Assembly: GCA_003693705.1 (NCBI GenBank)
Contig: RBZT01000788.1
Span: 1-42,447, forward strand
DNA length: 42,447 nucleotides
Source of the DNA: Polymyxa betae A26-41
Taxonomy: Eukaryota; Protista; Endomyxa: Phytomyxea
Direction of reading: 5' to 3'
The notes beneath the pieces were generated by a model that saw only the letters and a list, made by a program, of their open reading frames with translations, did no database searches and was not told the DNA's origin. Made by a program: the position numbers and the translations under genes. Positions 1-12,513 of this stretch are shown here, in pieces; within the stretch, counting starts at the first letter, position 1; every line of letters starts with the position of its first letter.

Positions 1-137
1 AACGCCTACCTAGGCGCCTGTTGTTGTTAAACTCCGCAACAACAGCATCATCAGAGTCTCTTGACTGCCGATGGGGTCCACCTTCTGGTTCTTCCGCATC
101 TTGGTGAACATTTTCATCGACCTGAACACCAAGTATA

Positions 138-284
138 NNNNNNNNNNNNNNNNNNNNNNNNNNNNNNNNNNNNNNNNNNNNNNNNNNNNNNNNNNNNNNN
201 NNNNNNNNNNNNNNNNNNNNNNNNNNNNNNNNNNNNNNNNNNNNNNNNNNNNNNNNNNNNNNNNNNNNNNNNNNNNNNNNNNNN
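138..284. other. Assembly gap (N run)
   Basis: Run of N; a second, shorter gap lies at 1703-1723. Confidence 0.99.
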
Positions 285-338
285 ATTGCTTGAAAACAGC
301 TGTAAAGGATTCTTTATAGCGCTACTTTGAGATCTCGA

Positions 339-677
339 TGTTAAGATTGCAATGATGAATGCAGAATGAATATATTAGATGGATACAAGCCCTTATATAT
401 CACTGAGATCGGAGGTTAGCTCGGAACTCGGAGAGATTCCGATTAACGGAGTTTAGTCAGGTCCGATCGGAGGTTAGTCAATTATTGCGTATATATTGAC
501 ACAAGTGGCGGAGAATACTCCGTGAGTGGATTCCAAAATCGATGAATCTTCCCAGTCGATTCCCAGGGGCCCCAATTAGTGGCTAGTGCTGTCTCGAGCA
601 TATGAATCCTCAGAGTATAAAAGGGCTAATTACATCCGATAATAAATCATAATTCATTTCACATCACAACAGTAACA
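339..677 (+). repeat. Probable solo LTR-like sequence
   Basis: TGTTA...TAACA inverted ends, TATAAAAG near 617, AATAAA near 640, internal direct repeat GATCGGAGGTTAG twice. No matching TSD or partner LTR in the window. Confidence 0.45.
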
Positions 678-689
678 TCAAAGCCTAAG

Positions 690-1900
690 TTGCCATAGGC
701 TGCGCACAAAAGTTGGTGATCTGATCACAAGGAAGAGGCAGTGTCTGATATGGGACGTGCCCAGTGACGAGATTATACTGGGGAGTGACTTATTAGAGGA
801 GCTCGGAATAGAGCCAAAAACTGCGCTCGACGCACTTATTACGAAGAAAAGTCGGAAGATGACTCATGATGAGAGTCATCGATGTCTAGATAATAATGAT
901 GGTACGGCACTGAAAGATATTCGAGTTGCCAGAATGACAATAAATGATGAAATAAAAAATGGTTTACATGATATGGTTGAAAGAGCTGAAGCCAGCGGTC
1001 TACCAAAACCATGGTGTTTGCGGTTAGAGGAGCTGCTGCGAAAGCACCAAGATGTATGGCGAATCAAGATGGGACCAGACGGGCCAGGCAAGGTCACGCC
1101 GTTTGTAACCCGATTATTGCCGAGCGCGAGGCCGTTCAGATGTTCCAATCGGAGATACAGTCTTGACGATAGCGAATTTCTTAAATCGTTCGTCGAGGAA
1201 TTAATAAAATATGGACTGATTGAGGAAAATACGAACGCGGAGTGGGCCTCTCCGGTAGTCGTAGTGAAGAATTCTGATGAAAGTAGAAGAATGGTGGTTG
1301 ACTTACGAGGGGTAACGCACTTTGTGAAAGCACCGCATGGCCTATGCCATTTCTGGAGGCTATCGTAAATAATTTAGCCGGATCCAGATGCTGGTTCAAG
1401 TTGGATGCATTCAAAGGTTTTTGGATGATGCCACTAGCTGAAGAGTGTCGAGAGATGTTTTCGTTCATGACCGATAGAGGGGTCTATACACCAAAACGCT
1501 CTATTCAAGGCGCTTTGAATTCAGCAACTCAATTTCTAGCGAGAATGTCTGAAGCGTTTCAGAGCTTGATTAACAAACACTTAATTGTTTGGATTGACGA
1601 TATATTAGGGTTTGGTAAAACTCTTGAGGAATGGTTTCAAGCTTTAGAGACCACTCTAATATTAGCACATTTACTTGAATATTCACGGACTCCGTTAAGT
1701 TCNNNNNNNNNNNNNNNNNNNNNGCAATTCCGCACCCACGCAATGCACGGGATCTGCAGCAATTCCTGATGGCAACCCAATGGATGAGTCGGTCGATTCC
1801 CGAATACAACAAGAAGGTAGCCTGTCTGCAGGATATTTTCGAATTATGTATGAAAGATCAGCCATCTAGAAAAAAATGTGTTGCCAGACAAGTGAGGTTG
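690..1900 (+). pseudogene. Ty3/Gypsy pol fragment (protease C-terminus plus reverse transcriptase), frameshifted and truncated
   Basis: EIILGSDLLEELGI (protease end), WASPVVVV, RMVVDLRG, FKLDAFKGFW, QGALNSATQF, VWIDDIL (RT YxDD box). Cut at 1900 by an LTR. Confidence 0.88.
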
Positions 1901-3923
1901 TGTAGCAATCGTCTCGATTCTACGATCAGATCCACGAGAATGAAGGTAAAATCAATAATGATTCTGTATTTCTATCATGGGAAATCCCTAGGGGTGTCCA
2001 AAGTTCGGTTCAAAAAATCGGTTAACCGGTTAACGCGCGAACCGGCTAACCAGTTCATGGTTTCTCCTAACCGATTAACCGATCGGTTAACCGGTTAAAA
2101 AGTTCATAAACTGCGCCTGCGGCATTTCATCGATTTCTTTCTCATTCATCTCCTTTCTCTGTGCTTCAATGACCGATTACAGTGGATTCTCTCCCAGTAG
2201 TCTCTCGGAATCGGAGCCTGAATCTCAGGTCCACGCTGCATCGGCCGTCCAACAGCGCGGCATTGTTGCTGCGTCAGAAGTATCTGGGTCGAATGCGACT
2301 ACACACAGCAGCTACACGAAAACAGGTCGTAAACGTAAAATTTCCTCATACTCTTCGTAAGTGTGGTCGTATTACAACAGACGAGATGGACGAGTTTTCT
2401 GCACTCAATGCACCAAAAATCATATTCATATGCAGCCAGTACCGGTGTTAGCACACCGAAGCGTCATCTGGCCGTTTCACACAAAATTGAGCACGACTGA
2501 AAAACTGGCGACGAAAACCGATGCATCTTGAACGCCTCAGGTCAAATTGTCGACCCCTTGGAAGTTGACGATAAAACCAAAACTTCAATTCTGAAACACC
2601 TTGTCGTATTCATTGTCGATAACAAGCAGCCTTTTTCGTTGGTCGAATCAAATGCTTTTGTTGCTTTCTGCAAAGCTTTAAATCGGCATTATTCGCTTCC
2701 CAGTCGGAGCACGCTTGTACGCGCGTTACATGAACAATATCAGGAATCGTTACTCAAGTTTACCTCGATAATCAACGACATTCCAGGACGCGTAGCTCTG
2801 ACGCTTGACGGATGGTCATCGAGGGTCATGAGGGGCTACTTTGTGATTACTCTTCATTGGATTAACGCCGATTGGTGATTAAAAAATGCTGTTTTGGAAT
2901 TTAAACATTTTCCTCCTCCTCACAATCAGAATACTACTTCTGAGCTGATTATCTCCGTTCTTGAAGATTTCAAACTTCACACTCGTCTCGTTGCTGTCAC
3001 GTCTGACAGCGGGGAGAAATGATTCCTGCAATGAAATATGTCCGCGCATACTTGAATAATACGTTACAGTTGAATCTGCCTTCATCAGATGAGTTCCATA
3101 TCCGCTGTTTTTGTCACGTAATCAATCGAGCTGTTGTTGATGCTACAAAACTGATCAAGCGTGAAATTTCGATGCTAAGAGACCTTCTCAAGATGATTAG
3201 AGGAGCTGGCCTTATGCGTCAAAAATATGCTGATCTCAACGTTGTCCTCGAACGACCCTTCATGCAAAATGTGCCAAATATCGATGTCGAAACACGTTGG
3301 AACTCAACATTCTTGATGATTGATAATTGCTTTAAAAATCGTGATATTCTTGAAGCGGTTTGCTATCAAGCGGAGTTTATAGAACGGCTTGATTCTATGA
3401 AACTGAGTGATTTGGATTGGCGTGTTTTGAAGTCATCAAAAGATTTCCTGGAATTAGCGTTTCAATGTACAAACGCAGCAAGTGGGAAAAATTATGTCAC
3501 TCTCGCTATGCAACCTTTGATATATCAGCATCTTAAAAAACTGTGCCTGGAAACCATTGCTGGAACTACATCAACAGGATTTACAACTCCTACAGTCAAG
3601 CAAGCTGCTTCATCAATGTTGACCAAGCTTGAGAAATATCAACAGAACCTGAATAATGACACCGTCTCTATTGCGTTATTTTTAGATCCACGGCAGAGCA
3701 GTCAAGTTGCCCCCCTAGAAATTAAGCTAAAAATTCGAGACATTAGAGCATGTATAGCGGAGCGCAGTTATCGTTATCGTTATCGCTAAATCTGACGATA
3801 ACGATATCGAATTTCGCGTCCAGCGCGACGTCGTTAAATTCTATATAAACAATCAGATATGACGATTCGTCAAACTGCGTGCTAAATTTGAGACATCATC
3901 TGACTACTTGACGAATAGTAATC

Positions 3924-4825
3924 ATGAGTGAAGCGAAGCCCAAATTTAAAGGTAAGGTGACTGGAGTCAAGAACTTTCAACCGCTGGAGGACCTGAATAT
4001 CACAATCGCCTACAAAGACGTTACGACAGATGCTTCAGTCGGTACCGATCAGGACTCTGATACATATTATGGCAAAATTAGTAGTCGATTTGCTGAGCTG
4101 ATGGGAGACGCTACTGTCCAAGATCGTTCGGCCAGTGCTATCTGTAATCGCTGGACCAACACGATTCAGAGGACTTTGCTGAAATTCACAGTCTGCATGG
4201 ATAAAGCTGTTGGGGAATTCCATTCTGGGTGGTCGATGGAGAATTACATGACTCTGGCAAAGCAGTATTTTCAAACCGATACCGGCAAACCATTCTCACA
4301 CGAACTCAGCTGGATGCAGGTAAAAAATCTGCCCAAGTTTTGCATAACATTAACGAAATGTCTCAACAAATGAAAAAAGCCCTCGAGCTGGACAACGATG
4401 AAGAAGAACCAATAAACCCAGAAGAAACGGGTTTAATGTCTCAAGATATGCAAAATCGAGGGTCATCATCTTCCAGAAGATCTTTGAAAATGACACCTCG
4501 CCCTGGGATCGGAAAGAAGGCGGGTAAGAAACTGAAATTTCAAACCTCTTCAACATCCAATCCCGAACGGGCCGCTTATTACAAACGAATGGCAGACAGT
4601 GCCGAAGAAAGGACTGCTTTTCTGAAGGAACGCTTTACATTTTCACTATTTTCAATGAATCCTGAATCGGAGGAGAGAAAAGAGTTTCTAAAGTTAAAGC
4701 AACAGGAAGCCTTACTCGACGCTGAGTTGAAGTTGACCCGGAAGAAACAGGAGCTTGCTCTGTTGAAAAGTTCGGTGTGTCACGAAGGAGAAGCCATAGA
4801 CGAGGCTGAATTGGAGTCCATGTAG
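3924..4825 (+). pseudogene. PIF/Harbinger accessory Myb/SANT-like (NAM-associated-type) DNA-binding protein, one frameshift near 4350
   Basis: FQPLEDLNITIAYKDVTTDASVGTDQ..YYGKI..RSASAICNRW..KPFSHELSW..LPKF, then RPGIGKKAGK and a coiled-coil tail; position typical of the PIF second gene. Confidence 0.8.
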
Positions 4826-4859
4826 GAAGAAGTGGATAGTGTATTCTTCAATTAAATCT

Positions 4860-6237
4860 TCATTCTTCTGCTACCTGTCCAGAGTAATTTTAAATATGCT
4901 CCACGAGGTCGCATTGCAGCTTAGTATGCATTGAAGCGATTAAAATTCGCGACGATTAAATCTTCTTTTCATCTTTTGAAAACGAATATTCGACCTGCGA
5001 GCACTCACTGTGAATGGATGTTTGGGCTGGTAGACAACATCATTGATATATTTGGAATCGAGGTCGTGTCAATTCTCGTATTCTAGGATCAAGTTGTGTA
5101 GGATAACGCAGGTCTTCATCACTAGAAACATGCACTCGCGAGACCACAACTTACAAGGAATAGTCAAAACGTGGAAACGAGCTTGAAGCATTCCAAACGC
5201 TCTCTCTATGTCTTTTCGCTTGCTTTCTTGCATTTGGGAGAACATTTTTTGCTTTCTCGTAGCAGGCTTCGCTATGGATTTTACGAAGCAATGATAAGCC
5301 GGGTAGATGCCGTCTGCTAGCCAATACGGGACAGAGTAGGTATTCCCATTTACCTTATAGTCGATGGTTGGTGATTGGCCGTTCAAGATGTCGTGGAATA
5401 ATGGCGACCGATCCAAAACATTAATATCGTTCAAGGAGCCTGGCATTCCAAAGAAGAAATGCCAAAACCGACAAGAATGGTCAGCGACTGCCTCTAAATA
5501 CAACCGTTGGCTCTCCTTCTTTCCCTGTGAACATGACAGCCCATGCTGATGGGTAATTCTTCCATGTCCAGTGCATACAGTCAATCGAACCCAGGCAGCC
5601 TGGAAAGCCTTCTTTGTACGATTTGTCCAGCAGCTTGTGTAAATCTTCTATTGTAGGCTTGCGAAGCGCACTGCTGCCATACATGGCTTCAATTGCCTGG
5701 CAAAAGCGCCTCATGGTTTCTAGAATAGTACTTTTGGCCATTCGGCATCTATCGTCTTGCTGTTCTGCCGAAGAGCCAGATGCCAGACCCCCTAACTGCA
5801 TAAGCAACCTTTTGACGAGCACTAAGGCCTAGTCTGTTGCAAGCGTCTCTTTTCTGGACGAAGTAGCCATCGTACTCTTGTATTCGCTCCACGATCTCGT
5901 CGAAGATGCCTAGTGGCAGGCGATAGCGTGCTTTAAAATCTTCAGGTGTATAGCAAGGGTTGGGTCACCAGTAATCTTCATGAAGCAGTTTATCATAAAG
6001 CTCACGGCGACGTTTCTTGTCTGGTCGACGACGTTTTCGTGCAGAGCTTCCATCATCCGGGTCGCTTTCGCTGTCGGATGACTCATCCGAAATCAAAATT
6101 TCTTCATCGTTGAATTCATCACTGTCATAATTAAACTGGTCGGGACGAAACTGTGCCCAGAATGCAGCTAGATCCATTTGACTATGCAGAAAGCGATTTC
6201 GTACCCCGCTGTAAAACCCGCGCAAATCGTTAAACAT
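4860..6237 (-). pseudogene. PIF/Harbinger DDE transposase (Plant_tran/HARBI1-like), frameshifted
   Basis: GFPGCLGSIDCMHWTWKNYPSAW, LEAVAD, FFGMPGSLNDINVLDRSPLF, YWLADGIYP, KDIERAFGMLQARF, CVILHNLI. 3' end approximate. Confidence 0.92.
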
Positions 6238-7030
6238 AATTTAAAGATTTATAAACTTTAACGATAACGATAACTGCGCTCCGCTATACATGCTCTTATG
6301 GTTGCCGAGTACGATTATGTCATCAATTCCGATGAAAATGCCGACATATCGTTTAACTTGTTTACGGCTACCAGCGGACCTGAGGATAATTCTACGGACG
6401 AAGTGGAGGACTTCGCGATGATGACGCTGAAACCTGATCGCTCCTGTAAATGCCCCGTAATTTGGTGGAAACAGCAATCCGGACGTTTCCGGAAGCTGAG
6501 TCTTTTAGCTCGGGACGTGCTAATGATACCGGGATCATCGGTCGCATCAGAATCTGCATTCTCTGACAGTGGAGATTTCGTCAGTGCCGACCGTAGCTCA
6601 CTCTCAGACGAAAATATATCAATCATGATGAAAGTCCGCTCATGGAACCGCCTGCTTGGAAATTTCAAGTAAATAATAAAACGGAGTTTGATTTGTTTAT
6701 TTTGGACTTGATTAATTTTAACCGGTATTAATAATACAACTGAGTTTGATTCGTGTATTTGGATTTTGAAATTTCAGTGGTTAACCGGTTAAACCGAGGT
6801 TAAACCGGTTAATTAACCGAACCGATGAACCGAGGTTAACCGGTTATCGCCGATGCGGATGAACCGGTTAACGTTAACCGAACTTTGGACACCCCTAGAA
6901 ATCCCAGGACCCAAATGCCGTACCGGTGTCCGTAGGACTCCGTGGGCGAATCTTAGCGCAGCTTCGTCGTAGCTTGAAAACTTGCAAACTATTCTTGTAT
7001 TTTCTTATAATCAAGTAATAATTTGCTACA

Positions 7031-7041
7031 CTCCCCTCCTC
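7031..7041 (-). promoter_or_regulatory. Polypurine tract (PPT)
   Basis: Minus strand GAGGAGGGGAG directly before the LTR TG. Confidence 0.75.
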
Positions 7042-7327
7042 AAAATCTCGATAGTCTTTATTCCGCGGATATATCGGAAGACGATTTTGACTCCAGCGAT
7101 ATCGTGAGCAGTGGGTGAGCTAGTGCTTCTTGCCAGATATGACACCACGTAGGCAATGTCGGGGCGAGTACACGTCGCCAAGTACATCGAGCAGCCTACC
7201 GCCTCACGATAGGGGAAAACGTCATCAGCAGTCGAGTCGCGCGGCCTTCCGTGCGCAGCCTCAGCGGGAGTCCGCGCAGAATTACACTTCTCCATCCCAA
7301 ATCGCATCAACATCGTCTTCGCATAGG

Positions 7328-7603
7328 TGTCAGGGTACGGACGGGAATGCGACGCCAGGCGCTGCGCCAGACAAGACGGACAGACAGACAGACAGACAGG
7401 CGGACACACAGACAGACAAGGAAAGACGGTAAGATAGAAGGTCTATATTGAGAACTGAATGGTTAGAACAACGAGTGTCCCTAATGACACTCGCTGAGAA
7501 CATTCTCCATAATGTGCGTAGCCCGGACAAGAAGTTGCGTTGCCGGTAACATAACACCTGGTAACGTAATCAAACTTGGCCTTTGTTTGCCCAATCCCTG
7601 ACA
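7328..7603 (-). repeat. Gypsy-1 3' LTR (276 bp) containing a (GACA)n microsatellite
   Basis: TGTCAGGG...CCCTGACA ends; near-identical to 12090-12231 and 18983-19065; 8-bp hairpin CGAGTGTC/GACACTCG at 7472-7493. Confidence 0.93.
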
Positions 7604-7619
7604 TCACCCCTCCTTCTAG

Positions 7620-10600
7620 AGCTGCTTCTTAATGACGCCTGCTTAGAGCGTGGGCCGGGTTTTTCAGGATATCGACTGAGAAAACAATTGATAAAATCCT
7701 TCAGATGACGAATGTTGCTGGCGGGTTCCCATGATCTTTCAGACGGAGGATAACCATCCCATTCGATTAAATATTGCAATTGGATTCGCGGTTCGTTATC
7801 GATATTGATGCGTGGGGGAGGAGGCTGAACTCTGTTCTGAAATACATTCTGAACATGTGGTTCAAGCAAAGAAACGTGAAAGGTAGGATGTTGCATTGTC
7901 GGCGGCAGTTCTAATTCATAGGCGACGTCGCTTCTAACTTTTTTGATCTTAAATGGCCCGATATACTGGTAATCTAGCTTCTGGGATGTCCGTCTACTTT
8001 TCAGGTTCTTCGTAGAGAGCCACACTAAATCGCCTACCTGGAATTTAGGATTCTCTTTGCGGCGTCGATCTGCATTCGACTTAATAGCCTCAAATTTTCT
8101 GATAGAAATTCGTTCAGTTGGACAAAGTCTTGAATAAACATTTCGGCACGTGGAACTACAGTTGCGTGTGGAGATAAAAAATCGGCTCTAGGATTAAATC
8201 CGTAGTTCGCAAAAAATGGCGAAACACCGAAACCGGAATGCTCAGAATTATTGTAAGCGAACTCGGCCAAATGTAAGTATTTCACCCGACCATCCTGTTG
8301 ATAATTCACATAACAACGCAGATATGTTCTAAAACCTGGTTAATTCGTTCGGTCTGTCCATCAGACTCAGGATGATATGAGAATGATGAATTAATCTTGG
8401 TTTTGAATAACTCAAAGATACGAGACCAGAAACGTGAGATAAACTGAGATCCTATATCCGAAACTATATCAGATGGAACACCGTGATGTCGGAAGACATG
8501 TTTCATGAATGCATCCGCAGTCTGTTCCGCATTCAAAATTTTGGGACATGGAATAAAAACGGCTTGTTTCGATCTACGGCAAGCGATCACTAATACTGCG
8601 GTGCATCCCTCGAATTTGGGTAAATCAGTGATAAAGTCCATCGAAATTGAATTCCAGTTACGATCTGTATCGCTAACGGTTTCAAAAGTCCCCACGGCTT
8701 CTGTTTTGATTCTTTTACAAATATCACATGTACGGACGAAATCGGATACAGAACGTGGAACTCCAGGCCACCAAAAGTCTCGTGTTACCAAATCGAAAGT
8801 ACGATTACGACCGAAATGTCCGGCAACTGGAGAGTCATGCCGATGTTGCAGAATAGATAAACGGAGATTGTTAGAATCAGGAATATAAATTCGCTCATCA
8901 CGAAGCAAAATACCATTGTGTAAACGAAATACGTGACCGCCAGGATCTTCCCAAACACCGTTTTCATTGAAACGTGAAGTAATGGTTTCAACAAAGCAGT
9001 CGTTAGAACAAGCTTTCTGTATGTCTTCAAAATCTGGAGCAGTCTGTAACGAGATATCATAAAGGCGAAAATTATCCGGACGGAATAGCAAATCAGGGGA
9101 TTCTACAGAATCGGAGATGGCAGATTCATAGTCTGGACGCCTAGACAAAGCGTCAGGTTTACCATTTTTGATCCCGGGACGCGGACAGAAATAAAAGTCA
9201 AAACGGCTGAAGAATAAGCTCCATCGTGCCTGTCTTTGTGATAAAGATTTCTTTTTCTGAAATTCAATCAGATTTCTGTGGTCGGTATAAACAAGTACCG
9301 GATGTTGGGCTCCCTCCAGGTAATGTCGCCATTCCTTAAATGCAGCTTTGACAGCAAGTAATTCCTTATCCACAATGTCATAGTTGCGTTCGGCGGAATT
9401 CAACGATCTAGAATAATAAACACATGGATGTAGTCGGTTATTTTCGGATTGATAATACTGACAGAGTACGGCACCGATTGCAAAGTTTGAAGCATCGACT
9501 TCAACAATTAACTGCTGGGTTGGGTCTGGAATACGAAGGATAGGGGCTTCTGTGAATAGCTTCTTAAGATGGTCGAAAGCCAGTTGCTGTTCCGAAGTCC
9601 AACAAAATTCGCAGGTTTTCGAGAGCAAACGGTTTAACGGGCGAACAATGCCAGAAAATTCGAGATAAATCGACGATAAAAGTTTGCAAGTCCTAGAAAT
9701 ACTTGTAGTTCCCGAACAGAAGTTGGCTCTTTCCAAGAAGTGATGCTTTGGATTTTCTTAGAATCCATTTCAACGCCATCATGAGAAATTATAAATCCGA
9801 GGAATTCTGTCTTTTGTAAACCGAACTCGCATTTCTCCGGTTTGGCAAACAAATGATGCTGCCGAAGCGTTTTTAGGACGAGACGAACGTGTTCTCGATG
9901 TTCTGCCTCACTTTGGGAGTAAATCTGTATGTCCAAATAAACCACTAGAAATTTGTCCAGAAAATCGCGAAAAATGTCGTTAAGAAAATGTTGAAATGTG
10001 GCAGGAGCATTTACCAGACCAAACGGCATAACCACGTATTCAAAATGTCCGTATCAAGTCAGAAACGCAGTCTTCCATTCGTCTCCATTACGTATTCTGA
10101 CCAGATTATATGCAGATCGTAAATCTAATTTTGTGAAAAATTTACATCCTCTCAGACGGTCAAAAAGCTCAGTTATAAGTGGCAGCGGATAGCGATTCCG
10201 TTTGGTAATACGATTCAAGCCAAGGTAATCGACACATACATAATGTACCATCCTTCTTTTTCACAAACAGTATTGGTGCTCCAGCAGGCGAACGTGAACG
10301 CCGGATGAAGCCTTTCGTTAGATTTTCGTTTAGATAATCACGAAGAGCCTTCAGTTCTGGTTCCGACAAACTGTATATAGGACCGAAAGGCGGACTTTCA
10401 CCAGGGTACAGTTCAATCTGACAGTCGTATGGCCGATGCGGGGGGAGTTCATCCGCACGGTTTTTATCGAACATATCAGCAAAATCGGAATAGTCTTCAG
10501 GTACACAATCATTCGATTTGCTGTTTATATCATTCGCAGAATTCTCAGACGCTTGATAGACTGTAAAATAATCATTTTCCGACAGCACAGAACCTTGATC

Positions 10601-12055
10601 GTTCTCATCAAAATCATCTTTATAAGAGTCCGATTCAAAGGAATCAGATCCCAGAGAATCTTCATCGAAAAAGATCAGCTGACTCTGATAATCGACCAGG
10701 CGAAGTTATTGAAATCGAAAATTCTTCCCAATTAATTTCAGGGTTGTGTTTCCGTAGCCATGGCATTCCAATAACCACAGGATACTTGGGGCTTCGAATT
10801 ACATTGAACACCCAGACATCCAGAACGTTTTGTAATTGCAAATTCAGAGAAGTTTCGTGCGTCACATTCTGAATTTTCGATCCATCGATAACTTCCACCG
10901 GAATAAAATTCTTCTTTGAAATAACCGGGATGTTGTGTTTTCCGCAAACATTTTCATCGATGAAAACAGAATTTGCTCCGTTATCAATGAGAGCGGACGT
11001 GTGAATCGGATTGCGTAGAGCTTTATGCTTTAAAATTACAGGAATTACAAGATTACTCTCTGAAATTGTGTCAAATGCAGTTGAAACTGATAAACGGTAC
11101 GGAGAAACAGACTGGTCGTTTATAGGGAATTTATCGGAAGACTGGTTAGATGTGGAATCAGAGCGTTTCGGGCAATTAGAAACGTAGTGTCCAGAAAGCC
11201 CACAGAAAAGACAAAGATTAGAACTGATTCGTCGCTGACGCTCAGCTGGATCAAGATGAACTCGGGGACGACGCACAGCAGTGGCAGTGTCAATTACCAT
11301 TGGCGTTGGACCAGACGAGTTCATTTGGGAAGTTGACGACGATGCAGTCTGGTTTTCAGAACGTATATTGGCAGAAAAGGGTAAAGTGGAAGGGAACATA
11401 CGGGTATCACGACGTAGTTGAAATATTAGATTGTCACATTCAATGGCATCTTGGATAGCCTTATCGAGAGTGGTCGGTTGGCACTTTGTTACCAAAAGTT
11501 TCAAAACATCATAATTGAGGCCTCTTCGGAAATAATGGATTTTAGCGCTCTCATTCCAGTTAAGATCGGATGCGATGATACGGAATTCTGCAGCGTAAGC
11601 CGAAGCGGCGCGACGACCTTGTCTAAGGACTTCAAGCTTTCTTGCAGCAGTTTCACCTGGATTAGGATCACCAAAGGCTGCCTCCAATAATTGAATTACT
11701 GATTCCACATCATTTAAACGAGTGTCCTGGGATTCAAGTAAAGGCGAAAGCCATGTTAAAGCGGGACCACGAGGAGCGTACCGAGAAGCCCGACTTTTAG
11801 AGAATCCGAATAGTATTGGCGAGGCTGCAATTGTCAAACCAGTCGGAGCTGGTCCAAGAATCCTCGTAAGGTTTTACGGTCACCGTAGTAAGGTTCGGGC
11901 AATTGAACTTTAGGTTCCGGTGCGAATGAATTACTGACTGATCGAGATTGTTCGTTCTGACGTAGTAGTTGTTGAATGAGATTTTGGGATTCAGACAGAG
12001 CTCGTTGAAGCTCGGCAATTTGCTCGTTAAGATCGGACATAGCGGACGGATGCAA
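7620..12055 (-). pseudogene. Gypsy-1 gag-pol (capsid, zinc knuckle, protease, RT, RNase H, integrase, chromodomain), multiple frameshifts
   Basis: [136 protein letters not shown]. Confidence 0.95.
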
Positions 12056-12075
12056 CGGGTGGCGCTGAATCTGGT

Positions 12076-12088
12076 AGTTCTCAATATA
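12076..12088 (-). promoter_or_regulatory. Self-complementary (Tf1-type) primer-binding site of Gypsy-1
   Basis: Plus-strand AGTTCTCAATATA is the exact reverse complement of LTR positions 7444-7456 (TATATTGAGAACT); there is no TGG tRNA-type PBS. Confidence 0.75.
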
Positions 12089-12513
12089 ATGTCAGGGTAC
12101 AGACGGGAATGCGACGCCAGGCGCTGCGCCAGACAAGACGGACAGACAGACAGACAGACAGACAGGCAGACAGACAGACAGTGAAAGAAGGTAAGATAGA
12201 AGGTCTATATTACGAACTGAATGGTTAGAACTGTTGCAGTGTGAGCGACTGTAGAAGTCGATTCAGTCGTCATCTCAGGCAGCGTTAGCAACAACAACGA
12301 AGGGACGAGCTCGGGAGAGAGAAACTAAAACTGTGTATTTTTTGTATATATATTAAACCTGTCCGTAAAATGGGGTAATTTTACGTTCAACCGGTTGAAA
12401 TATGTTCGGCCGATTTCGCGCGCCGCAGTTCTTAATGTCCGAACGTGTGGTTGGAAAAACTCCCGAAGGCCCGAAAATAGAGCAAACGTCCAAATTGAAA
12501 GTTACGACCATCG

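Larger units (their letters stand above)
3746..6295. mobile_element. PIF/Harbinger DNA transposon with two convergent genes
   Basis: Perfect 37-bp TIR GAGCATGTATAGCGGAGCGCAGTTATCGTTATCGTTA (3746-3782, 6259-6295); TTA TSD (3743-3745, 6296-6298). Confidence 0.95.
2169..6672 (+). pseudogene. hAT transposase (BED finger, DDE, C-terminal dimerisation domain), interrupted by the PIF insertion
   Basis: VWSYY..FCTQC..KRHL (BED), ALTLDGWSS, VTSDSG, IRCFCHVIN, ETRWNS, WWK..LARDVLMIPGSSVASESAFS. Stops and frameshifts present. Removing 3746-6298 rejoins KIRDI-MVAEY in frame. Confidence 0.92.
1989..6897 (+). mobile_element. hAT DNA transposon (hAT-1), both ends present, transposase disrupted
   Basis: Perfect 22-bp TIR TAGGGGTGTCCAAAGTTCGGTT (1989-2010, 6876-6897); 8-bp TSD GAAATCCC (1981-1988, 6898-6905); dense GGTTAACC/AACCGGTT subterminal repeats at both ends. 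Confidence 0.95.
1901..7030 (-). repeat. Copia-type 3' LTR (about 213 bp: 1901-1988 plus 6906-7030) split by a hAT insertion
   Basis: Terminal inverted TGTAGCAA (1901) / TTGCTACA (7030); polypurine tract immediately internal on the minus strand; continuous once the hAT and one TSD copy are removed. Confidence 0.75.

Noticed and set aside
7130-7557. ORFs with RQTD/CLSV repeats (also 11969-12184)
   Set aside because: Translations of the (GACA)n microsatellite in the Gypsy-1 LTRs.
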